Source: Candidatus Levyibacteriota bacterium (GTDB taxonomy: Bacteria; Patescibacteriota; Microgenomatia; Levybacterales; UBA12049). From it: DNA of 64,000 nt. Below are positions 39,006-47,853 of this stretch, piece after piece. The DNA lies in NCBI GenBank assembly GCA_963722305.1, contig CAVRKE010000001.1, positions 309,549 to 373,548 of the forward strand, written 5' to 3'. The notes below the pieces were generated by a model. The model was not told the origin of the DNA and searched no databases. It was given only the letters and a program-made list of their open reading frames with translations. The position numbers and the translations under genes were made by a program. The stretch's first letter is position 1; every line of letters starts with the position of its first letter.

Positions 39006-41488
39006 ATGGCTGATATCGGAAAACTACAAAATACGGAAATTGCTTTTGAAATGAAACGCGCGTACTTCGACTACGCCATGTCGGTTATTGTTTCCAGGGC
39101 TCTTCCGGATGTCAGGGACGGATTAAAACCGGTCCACAGACGTATTCTGTTTGCAATGCATGAAATGAATTTGACCCACGCCGCCAAATATTCCAAGTCC
39201 GCCAAGATCGTCGGTGAGGTAATGGGAAAATACCATCCCCATGGAGACGTCCCGATTTACGATTCTTTGGTAAGACTTGCTCAGGATTTTTCGATGCGCT
39301 ATCCGCTTGGTTGACGGGCAGGGAAACTTCGGCTCCATGGACGGTGACCCGCCGGCCGCGATGCGTTACACCGAAGCCAGAATGGCCGCCATCACCGCCG
39401 AAATGATGCTGGACATGGAGAAAGAAACAGTCGATTACATCCCCAACTTTGACTCAACCTTAAAAGAACCGGTTTTCCTGCCCAGCCTTTTGCCAAACTT
39501 GCTGCTGATGGGTAGCGAGGGTATTGCCGTTGGTATGGCCACCAAAATTCCGCCGCATAACCTAGGCGAAGTGATTGACGCGGTCGAGTATTTAATTAAA
39601 AAAGCTAAAATTACCATTGAACCAAGATTTACCATCACTTCCGAAGTTACGGTTGACGAACTGCTGGAACTGATTAAAGGTCCGGATTTTCCGACCGCCG
39701 GCGCAATTTATGACTGGACGGAAATTAAAAACGTTTATACGACCGGCCGGGGCAGAATTATTATCCGCGGTAAAGCCGAAATTGAAGATATCGGACAGGG
39801 AAAGAGTGCCATTATCATCACCGAAATTCCCTACCAGGTCAATAAAGCCTTATTGGTGGCCAGAGTTGCGGAACTGGCCAAAGAGAAAAAGATTGAGGGC
39901 ATTTCCGACCTTCGCGATGAGTCCGACCGGCACGGCATCAGGGTTGTGGTTGAACTAAAAAGAGACAGTGCGCCGAAAAAAGTGTTAAACAATTTATTCA
40001 AATACACCGCCTTTCAGACCAGTTTTCCGGCCAACATTGTTGCTTTGGTTGACGGCACGCCGCAAACCTTGAATTTAAAAACCATTCTGGAAGAATTCTT
40101 AAAACACCGCTACCTGGTAGTCAAAAGACGCAGCGAGTTTGAATTAAGGCAGGCCAAAGCCAGACTGCACATTTTGGAAGGGCTAAAAATCGCGGTGGAG
40201 AATATTGACGCGGTAATTAAAACCATTCGCGAATCCAAAGACCAGGATGATGCCAAGAAAAACTTAATGACCAAATTTAAACTAGTCGGACCTTCAAGCC
40301 ACAGCCATCTTGGATATGCAACTAAGACGTTTGGCGGCGCTGGAACGACAAAAGATTGAAGAAGAATACCAGATGGTTAAAGAAACGATTGCTTATCTAG
40401 AAGATTTACTGGCCCATCCGGCCAAAATTTTAATTGTCATCGGCGAAGAGCTGACCAAATTAAAAGAAAAGTATTCCGACCCAAGACGCACCAAAGTCTA
40501 CAAAAGTAAAGTCGGCGAGTTTTCCGAGGAGGATTTAATTCCCAATGAACCAACCGTGGTCACTCTGACCGATACCGGCTACATTAAAAGGCAAAGTTTA
40601 AATAGTTTCCGCACCCAACAGCGGGGCGGCAAAGGCATTATCGGCATGACTACCAAAGAAGAAGACAATATTGCCGAAATCAAGTCCATCGAAACCCACG
40701 ACAACTTATTATTCTTTACCAATAAAGGCAAGGTTTACCAGATTAAAGCTTACGAAATAAACGAATCTTCCCGAACCAGCAAGGGAACCGCCATTGTTAA
40801 TCTTTTGAATATTGAGGCCGGGGAAAGAGTTGAATCTTTTGTCAATTACACGACTAAAGGCTCGGAAGCAAAATATGTTTTCCTGGCAACCAAAAACGGC
40901 ACCGTCAAAAAAAGCGTTTAAACGGAATTTGAAAATATCCGAAAAAGCGGCATCTTGGCCATCAAACTTGATAAAGACGACGAGTTGGTTTGGAGTAAAT
41001 TAACTAGCGGAAACGACGACATCTTACTGGTCACCAGAAACGGGAAGTCAATCCGGTTTTCGGAAAAATCGGTCCGCGGCATGGGCAGAAACACCATGGG
41101 AGTAAGAGGAATTTTGATTAAAAAAGACGCTAAAGACGACCGGGTTATCCAAATGGACGTTGTCGGCAAAAACTTCAAAGTTGGAAGTGTTTACAATTAT
41201 GGAAAAAGGCTTAGGCAAAAAAACTCCGGTCAACGAATTCCATCCGCAGGGCCGCGGCGGGCAGGGAGTAAAAGTGGCCGAAGTAACCGAAAAAACCGGC
41301 AAAGTGGTACTTCGCAAATCATTCCGGAAGGCTCCGAAGAAGTGATTATTACCTCGCAAAAGGGACAAATTGTCAAACTGGAGGTTGCCTCCATACCCAA
41401 ATTGACCCGAGCCACCCAGGGCGTAATTTTAATGCGCTTTTCCGATAAAACCGACCATGTTGCTTCGGCAACGTGCATTGAAAAGTAA
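39006..41488 (+). pseudogene. gyrA: DNA gyrase subunit A, disrupted by four 1-nt indels and one in-frame TAA
   Basis: Canonical GyrA segments occur in alternating frames: ...[26 protein letters not shown] / VDGQGNFGS...; ...KFKL / SDLQATAILDMQLRRLAALE...; KKSV*TEFENIRKSG...; ...EKGLGKKTPVNEFHPQGRGGQGV... / ...SEEVIITSQKG... Frame changes are at about 39304, 40296, 41170 and 41310; TAA at 40919-40921. Confidence 0.85.
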
Positions 41489-41493
41489 TTGAT

Positions 41494-42339
41494 ATGATAA
41501 TCGACGGCCGGGCAATTTCCTCTGAAATTTTAGAGGACCTGAAAAAGCGGGTCGCAAGACTTAAGCAAAAAAGCATTACCCCAATACTGGCAGTAATTTT
41601 AATCGGCGACGCCAAAGCTTCGGCTATTTATGTCCGACAGAAAGAATTAAAAGCGCACGAAATCGGCGTTGAGCCAAAAATTTTCCGTTTTGACGAAAAC
41701 GTCAGTAATCTGGAAATTGAAACGCTGGTGAAAAAACTGGATAAAGACCCCAAAATTCACGGCATAATTTTGCAGCGTCCCGCCCCACCGCAAATCAAAG
41801 TTGCAGAAATCGAAGAATTTATTTCGCCGGTCAAAGAAGTTGACGGCTTCGGTATTAATTCCATCTACCCGGTTCCGGTGGCGGCAGCAGTAATGAAAAT
41901 GATTGAGAACGCGTATGGAAATTTAAAAATTGATGTGCCCTTTATTGACTGGCTGAAAAACCAAAAAGTAGTGGTCATCGGCAAAGGTGAAACCGGCGGA
42001 AAAACAATTATTCAACTCCTTAGAAAAAATGGCATTGAACCGTTGGTGGTTGACTCAAAAACTGAAAATCCCAATGCGGAAATTAAAAAAAGCGACGTGG
42101 TTATTTCGGCGGTGGGGAAGCAGGGGATTATCACAAAAATGAATTTAAAACAGGGCACCATTCTCATCGGCGTTGGCATTTATTCCGATGAAAACGGTAA
42201 AACCAAAGGCGATTATGATGCAACTGAGATAGAAAATATTGCCAGCTTTTATTCACCTACTCCCGGAGGTGTCGGCCCGGTCAATGTTTCAATGCTGATG
42301 GAAAACGTCGTTGAAGCTTGTGAGAGTCTTTCCAAATAA
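41494..42339 (+). CDS. folD: Bifunctional methylenetetrahydrofolate dehydrogenase/cyclohydrolase
   Basis: ...AVILIGDAKASAIYVRQK... and C-terminal SPTPGGVGPVNVSMLMEN motifs; 281 aa and intact. Confidence 0.85.
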   Translation: MIIDGRAISSEILEDLKKRVARLKQKSITPILAVILIGDAKASAIYVRQKELKAHEIGVEPKIFRFDENVSNLEIETLVKKLDKDPKIHGIILQRPAPPQIKVAEIEEFISPVKEVDGFGINSIYPVPVAAAVMKMIENAYGNLKIDVPFIDWLKNQKVVVIGKGETGGKTIIQLLRKNGIEPLVVDSKTENPNAEIKKSDVVISAVGKQGIITKMNLKQGTILIGVGIYSDENGKTKGDYDATEIENIASFYSPTPGGVGPVNVSMLMENVVEACESLSK

Positions 42340-43429
42340 GAAAAACTTCTAAGCACCACAATAAAACAGCTCCGTAGAAAACATGCGACTGCAAAAGTAT
42401 TGGAACGCTACTTGGGTTTTTAAGATTGAAGGAGATTAGAACGTAAGAAATAATAAGAATGAGAATGAACTTGAGATTTTTTTTGAAGTTTTGAACATAG
42501 AACAGCGTTGCCAAAAACGGAAACAACATAAACACAAAATGGTGCTGCCAGGAAAAATTATTGACGATTAAATTTAGGCTGATTAGTAAACCCAAATGCA
42601 TATTTTGAAGCTTTTCGCTTTTGCGGTTTTTGAAAATTACCAAGAATGAAATTAAAATAAAGATCAATGATAAAGCATCTTTCAACGCTTCCCGGAAAAT
42701 TCCCGCTGGCAAACTCCTACCTAAAAATCCGGTCAAAGCCTGGTTATAATAAGCGGTTTTCCAGCCGGTCAAAAGCGTTGACAGAAAGTTTTGGTAGAAA
42801 TATAAATTGATTTTTGGTCCAACGAGAACAAACGCCAATAAACCAAACACAAGTAATGAGAGGATAAACACTGAAAGAAACCTCCATTTTTTAGTTAGCA
42901 GAAAATAAAAGGGGATAAAAGCCGGAAACAATTTAAGACTGACTGAAAGCGCAAGTAACGGCGCTGACCAAATAAAATTCTTCTTTTGCTTTAAAAAATA
43001 AATTCCCGCCACGAAAATGAGTAGAATAAAATTATTGATCTGCCCCATCCCTAAAGTAAATTTGACGGGAAAGGAGAAACAGACCAAACCTAAAATTATG
43101 CACCCAAACGTTGAGAAAAGCGGTTGTTTGTAAATTTTAAAAATCAGATACACCGAAAGAAATAAAGAAATCAAAGACAACACTGTCCAGAGCTTTTCGC
43201 TGACCACAAACGGCAGCAAAGTCAGTGAGGAAAAAATAACCATTGCCAATGGGGGATAGATGATACCATGTAGATAAGGGTTAAGGCTTTTTACACCATA
43301 ATAATACTGACTAAAATCCGGATAAAAATTTAGCAATAAACTTTTACAAAGAATCAAAAACGAACCAAGAAAAAATAGCAAAGATAAAAGCTTAATTACT
43401 TTTTGCATAAGAAACACACCTCTTGACAA
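42281..43429 (-). CDS. Polytopic membrane protein, possibly a GT-C-type glycosyltransferase-like protein
   Basis: About 11 TM helices, Phe/Leu-rich; no catalytic motif recognised. Confidence 0.45.
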   Translation of the reverse strand: MSRGVFLMQKVIKLLSLLFFLGSFLILCKSLLLNFYPDFSQYYYGVKSLNPYLHGIIYPPLAMVIFSSLTLLPFVVSEKLWTVLSLISLFLSVYLIFKIYKQPLFSTFGCIILGLVCFSFPVKFTLGMGQINNFILLIFVAGIYFLKQKKNFIWSAPLLALSVSLKLFPAFIPFYFLLTKKWRFLSVFILSLLVFGLLAFVLVGPKINLYFYQNFLSTLLTGWKTAYYNQALTGFLGRSLPAGIFREALKDALSLIFILISFLVIFKNRKSEKLQNMHLGLLISLNLIVNNFSWQHHFVFMLFPFLATLFYVQNFKKNLKFILILIISYVLISFNLKNPSSVPILLQSHVFYGAVLLWCLEVFLIWKDSHKLQRRFPSALKH

Positions 43430-43470
43430 TTTAAGTAATCCGTCCTACTATTATTATATAGTATTTATTT

Positions 43471-44247
43471 ATGGCCAGATCATTTAAAGACAAACCGCCG
43501 TTTAAATGGTTTCTTCTTTTTGCTGTTTTGTTTGCACTGCCAATCGTTGTCCTGTCTGCCAACAGCAAAACGAATATTCAGCAACACGCCGCAGCAACTG
43601 TACTTTTCACAGGAGTACTTAAAATACAAATCGTCAATAGAAGTGGCCAAATCATAAACCTTCCTCAAGGGACAGTAAACGTGGTTGGGAACAATATTTT
43701 GGGACCAACACCAACGATATTTGGTGAAATTGCATCAGGCGCAAATGGTTGGACACAAACTTTAAATGAAGGAGAATATGAAATAACAGCAGTTAATGCA
43801 TCTAGCTATAAAGTTTCATTTGCTTACTGTTTTGACTGTACGAAGATTGCGATAACGGCGGGAGGATGGGGCAATTTTCCAAGCGGATTCGCTTACAGTC
43901 CATTTGTGATGGATGGACGTACAACATTAGTATGGGTAAGCTATATGCCCAACAATCCCTGTGTTGCTAAACAATCAAATGGTAAATATTTAGTGGGAGA
44001 AGCTTGCGGAGGAAGTGTTGAAGACAATGGAACCAAGGGAACTTTGTATGATTGCAGCGGTACTGGTTATGCAGTAACCGGTAAAACACAGGTCTGCACT
44101 GACGGTTGCCAGGTCAATAAAAACGCACCAGATGCCTGTATAACCTGTGCATCCCTGGGAGGAAGTTGCAGTTATAGTGGATGCTCCGCCAATCATAAAG
44201 CCATAGCTGGAGATTGTGGCAGTGCTTATATGACATGCTGTAAATGA
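43471..44247 (+). CDS. Secreted Cys-rich protein, paralog 1 (the six-Cys module is C-terminal)
   Basis: Signal/TM segment then ANSKTNIQQHAAA; C-terminal CASLGGSCSYSGCSANHKAIAGDCGSAYMTCCK. Confidence 0.5.
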   Translation: MARSFKDKPPFKWFLLFAVLFALPIVVLSANSKTNIQQHAAATVLFTGVLKIQIVNRSGQIINLPQGTVNVVGNNILGPTPTIFGEIASGANGWTQTLNEGEYEITAVNASSYKVSFAYCFDCTKIAITAGGWGNFPSGFAYSPFVMDGRTTLVWVSYMPNNPCVAKQSNGKYLVGEACGGSVEDNGTKGTLYDCSGTGYAVTGKTQVCTDGCQVNKNAPDACITCASLGGSCSYSGCSANHKAIAGDCGSAYMTCCK

Positions 44248-44347
44248 TTTTATTCTCTGTTTATTGAAACAATACTTAAAAAGGTCGCTTGACAAGAGAA
44301 AAAATAACCTCTACATTATTAATGGACAGAATTTATCGATATTATCT

Positions 44348-44971
44348 ATGGCTAAAAATAAACAAACATCCGGGAGATTTCCACATTTTAAGCTATTCTT
44401 GTTTCTTGCCCTCGTCGTCTCACTCGGATTAACTACTTTAGCCGCAAACACTAAAACAAATATTCAACAACACGCCGCAACAAATTGCGCATCCTTAGGT
44501 GGAACTTGTTCTTACGGCTCATGCCCAACCGGACAAACAGTAATTGCCAACTCTGCAGGAACCTGCTCATCAGATTACATGGTTTGCTGTAAAAATCCTA
44601 TGCCGGCACCGACTGGTCTTAGCGTATCTTATACCTACTGTCAAGAAAAGCAACCAGCAAGCATGGACTATGCATATTATAATGCTATTGTTACTTTCAA
44701 GTGGAAAGCGGTAAGCAATGCTACAGCTTATTTAGTCACCTTGTCTGATAGCACCCCTACTTATACCGGGAGTACTTACCACTATGCGACAAAGACGCAA
44801 GGAGTAACAACACTTACAATATCAAATAATTGGAGTTTTGAGCCAGGTGATAAGCCCTATTGGCAGGTACAGGGATACAATACATATACCAAATACGGTC
44901 CGCTAAGCGCTAAACAATATATTAACTTTAAATGCAACATATGGCCATTACCAACTATACCGCCTACTTAA
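44348..44971 (+). CDS. Secreted Cys-rich protein, paralog 2 (six-Cys module N-terminal, followed by an FN3-like beta domain)
   Basis: Start moved to the ATG at 44348 (MAKNKQ...), which is homologous to the paralog 1 start; ANTKTNIQQHAAT; CASLGGTCSYGSCPTGQ...CSSDYMVCCK; TTGACA-17-TACATT promoter at 44289-44320. Confidence 0.5.
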   Translation: MAKNKQTSGRFPHFKLFLFLALVVSLGLTTLAANTKTNIQQHAATNCASLGGTCSYGSCPTGQTVIANSAGTCSSDYMVCCKNPMPAPTGLSVSYTYCQEKQPASMDYAYYNAIVTFKWKAVSNATAYLVTLSDSTPTYTGSTYHYATKTQGVTTLTISNNWSFEPGDKPYWQVQGYNTYTKYGPLSAKQYINFKCNIWPLPTIPPT

Positions 44972-45019
44972 ACACGCTCAATACGAATTGACATATCATT
45001 CTAAATTAATTAATATTAA

Positions 45020-45817
45020 ATGGTGAAAAATTTCTACGAACAGTTTAAAACCCAAATTGTTACGGTTGTCATTATTTTTGTGGCGGTTTTTCTTTACATT
45101 AAACTGGCCGGGCCGATTCCATTTTTTATTAATAGCGTTAATACCACTAAAACCGATCTCTTCTCCAGTAGCGGAGAAGGCAAAATAACCGCCGTTCCCG
45201 ACCAGGCCACGGTTGATGCCGGAGTCACTGCCCAAAGTGCCACTGTTGCCGATGCCCAAAGCAAAGTTAATCAGACTGCCGACAAAATAATTAGCGATCT
45301 TAAAAAATTAGGCCTTGCGGATAAAGACATTAAAACCACCGATTATTCCGTCACTCCGAATTATTCCAACGAGATTGTGCCAATGGGGGCTGCGATGCTA
45401 CCAGGAGGACAACAAACTATCACCGGCTATACCGTCACCCAAAATTTGGAGATAAAAGTCAAACCGCTTGAAAAAACTAATAAAGTCGTCGATACCGCCA
45501 CCGCCGACGGGGCAAACCTGGTGGGGAATGTCAGTTTTGATTTTAGCGACAGCCTGCAAAAGTCTTTGCAGAACCAGGCCACTCAACAAGCGGTCGGTAA
45601 TGCCAAGGATAACGCCCAAACTCTGGCCAATGCCTCGGGAATTCGGTTGGGAAAAATTGTGAACGTGGTGGAAAATTCCAACCAGCCGCGGCCGTTAATG
45701 ATGTCCGCCGGAATGACAGCCGGTTCCGACCAAACCGCAACTCCTCCGTCAACCAATGTCACACCGGGAGAAAATACCATCACTGTTGACGTCGTCTTAT
45801 ACTACGAAACCTACTAA
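45020..45817 (+). CDS. SIMPL/DUF541-family periplasmic protein (BP26/OMP28-like)
   Basis: N-terminal TM; ...GYTVTQNLEIKV...ANLVGNVSFDFSD...QATQQAVGNAKDNAQTLA... pattern typical of SIMPL. Confidence 0.5.
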   Translation: MVKNFYEQFKTQIVTVVIIFVAVFLYIKLAGPIPFFINSVNTTKTDLFSSSGEGKITAVPDQATVDAGVTAQSATVADAQSKVNQTADKIISDLKKLGLADKDIKTTDYSVTPNYSNEIVPMGAAMLPGGQQTITGYTVTQNLEIKVKPLEKTNKVVDTATADGANLVGNVSFDFSDSLQKSLQNQATQQAVGNAKDNAQTLANASGIRLGKIVNVVENSNQPRPLMMSAGMTAGSDQTATPPSTNVTPGENTITVDVVLYYETY

Positions 45818-46650
45818 GAATTTCCGAGTGCTTTTTCGTCGGTTAAATACTCGTAGAATCTCTCGTTTCCCGAAGCAGGATTATTGTAATTCCCTAAAGC
45901 CATAATCAAGGCCTTAGTTTTTGAAACTCCCTCATGCAGATACGTTAGCCTGTGATTGTAAAGAAACCAGCCCATGAAGGCAGCCTCACGCCAATCATCG
46001 GGGTGCCTCTGCGGATAATTCTTCAAATTCTCAAGTCCCTTTGCCGCTTTATCAACATCTGCATTTGTCCAAATATTCACATCGCGCTGCCCTAAACCGT
46101 AGTAGGCAGACTTGCGATTATCAGTATTAGGATTTTCTCCCAGATTGGTTTCGTGATAAGCAATTATCAGCAACAGCAGGGGAGGGATGTCGTATTTAGC
46201 CCCTACCGCCTCAAAAATCGGATAGTAAATTCTAAATCCCCCTATAAAGTCTTGACTAAAAAGGTCCGGTCTTTTTTCCATTTTTGCCACCAGATTATCC
46301 AGCTTTACGTAATCAATTATTGGATCGGGAGTAAGGTCAGAGGTCTGTGTAATAGGGTCGTGAGAAGATGGCTCGGCAGCTGTGATAGTACGCACAGGTG
46401 GCGATTCATTGGGGGGAGATTCTTCGTGTATTGGCGGATGGAACAATACAATCTCTCCGAGTTCTGGAAACGCAGCTTTCGGAAAATAAACCTCCCCTCC
46501 TGGGGAAAGCGCTCTTTGCGGACCCGGAGGCGGCAGAATAATGTTTTGATTAGGCACAGCTCCTCCCGGCGACACAATGCTAAGGGCCAATAGCCCTTCT
46601 CTAGCATGTCCGGCAACACGTCTAATAATACTTGGTCGTTTTCTTTCCAT
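45814..46650 (-). CDS. Hypothetical protein with a C-terminal lytic-transglycosylase-like (SLT-like) motif and a Pro-rich N-terminus
   Basis: ...AYHETNLGE...SAYYGLGQ resembles the SLT E-S/T...GLMQ catalytic motif; weak. Confidence 0.35.
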   Translation of the reverse strand: MERKRPSIIRRVAGHAREGLLALSIVSPGGAVPNQNIILPPPGPQRALSPGGEVYFPKAAFPELGEIVLFHPPIHEESPPNESPPVRTITAAEPSSHDPITQTSDLTPDPIIDYVKLDNLVAKMEKRPDLFSQDFIGGFRIYYPIFEAVGAKYDIPPLLLLIIAYHETNLGENPNTDNRKSAYYGLGQRDVNIWTNADVDKAAKGLENLKNYPQRHPDDWREAAFMGWFLYNHRLTYLHEGVSKTKALIMALGNYNNPASGNERFYEYLTDEKALGNS

Positions 46651-46743
46651 ATGATTTTAAAACTATAAAAATGAGGATAAATACGAAAATTTAGGTCTAA
46701 TGATTATAAACTTTAATTTAGAAAAATACAACCCTTTAGTCGC

Positions 46744-47718
46744 TCACTTATTTCCGGAGTGGAAATTATGGTGGACTTCGTGCAATTGTCTGTTGGTAAT
46801 GTGGGTATAAATTTGGGTGGTGGCGATATTTTTGTGTCCGAGCATTTCCTGGACCGAGCGGATATCGGCACCGTTAGTCAAAAGGTCGGTCGCAAAAGAA
46901 TGCCGGAGTGTATGGACTGTTGCATCAACGGGAATCCTCGCTTTTCGAACATATTTTTTAACTATCCTTTCAACACTTCTAACAGTCAGTCGCATCTTCT
47001 CACCGCCGTTTTCTTCGACTGTTTTTCCCGAATAGCGGATAAATAACGGCTTAAAATCATCTTTTCGTTGGTCCATATACCGTTTAATCCAATCCGCCGC
47101 CCGGTCGGAAACAAAAACAATTCTCGCTCTGCCGCCTTTGCCGATTACTCCAAATTCACGCCTTTCCAAATTTACCTGGTCGTGGTTTAATTTTGCCAGT
47201 TCGGATACGCGCAACCCGGTAGAAAAGAGTAGCTCCAAAATCGCCCGGTCCCTGAGGCCTTCTTCGGTTGAAGTATCACATGACGTAACCAAACGGTCGA
47301 CCTGCTCTTTTTCCAAGAATTTTAGACTGCGACTTTCGGTCTTGGGCAAATCGATTTTTGAAGGCTCCAGGGTCTGGTAATCATTTTTTATTAAGAAGCG
47401 AAGAAACGAACGAAGGGCAATGACGTAGTAGTTTTGCGTCACTCTTTTTAAAGTCATATTTTTTTCATCAACCCGGTTAGCCAGAAACACCCGGAATTTT
47501 CTGACCGTTTGCAAATCCAAATCTTTTAAGGATTTCCCCGGTAGGTTAGTGTCATACCATTCGTTAAAAACATCCAGATAGTGCCTATAATCGCGGATAG
47601 TGAGCTTACTGCAGTTTTTTTCAATCTCCAAATACTCGAGGAATTGATTAATAAGTTCGGAAAGATTCTGATTATTCATAGACTGTATCATTGTGTCGCA
47701 CAATTTATGACTTGTCAA
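46744..47718 (-). CDS. Tyrosine recombinase XerC/XerD family
   Basis: C-terminal R...HxxR...Y catalytic residues (VHTLRHSFATDLL...LGHKNIATTQIYTHI); N-terminal SAM-like domain. Confidence 0.8.
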   Translation of the reverse strand: MTSHKLCDTMIQSMNNQNLSELINQFLEYLEIEKNCSKLTIRDYRHYLDVFNEWYDTNLPGKSLKDLDLQTVRKFRVFLANRVDEKNMTLKRVTQNYYVIALRSFLRFLIKNDYQTLEPSKIDLPKTESRSLKFLEKEQVDRLVTSCDTSTEEGLRDRAILELLFSTGLRVSELAKLNHDQVNLERREFGVIGKGGRARIVFVSDRAADWIKRYMDQRKDDFKPLFIRYSGKTVEENGGEKMRLTVRSVERIVKKYVRKARIPVDATVHTLRHSFATDLLTNGADIRSVQEMLGHKNIATTQIYTHITNRQLHEVHHNFHSGNK

Positions 47719-47720
47719 GG

Positions 47721-47812
47721 CTTATCCTGTTAAATTGTCTTACCGAGTCAGGCTCGGATTTGTACCGGCTTCGCCACGTCAGACGTTGCTTCGACGGATT
47801 TAACAGGATAAA
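47721..47812. other. Structured intergenic element: 12-bp perfect inverted repeat (ATCCTGTTAAAT / ATTTAACAGGAT) enclosing inner hairpins (CCGAG-5-CTCGG; ACGTC-A-GACGT)
   Basis: Arms at 47724-47735 and 47798-47809; located in the divergent promoter region between the xer-like gene and the GH18 gene. Confidence 0.6.
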
Positions 47813-47853
47813 GTTGACAACAAACACAATAAAATTCATACTAAATATATACG

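Noticed and set aside
38640-41330. Programmed ribosomal frameshifting or stop-codon reassignment as the explanation for the hppA/gyrA breaks
   Set aside because: There are five independent shift sites in both +1 and -1 directions, without slippery heptamers, plus a TAA. No known recoding mechanism explains this in conserved core genes, so sequence error or very recent lesions are more parsimonious.
47721-47812. Calling the palindromic element next to the Xer recombinase gene a dif site
   Set aside because: Only the terminal TGTTAAAT octamer matches dif. The arms are separated by 62 nt instead of a 6-8 nt core, so it cannot be a canonical XerCD dif.
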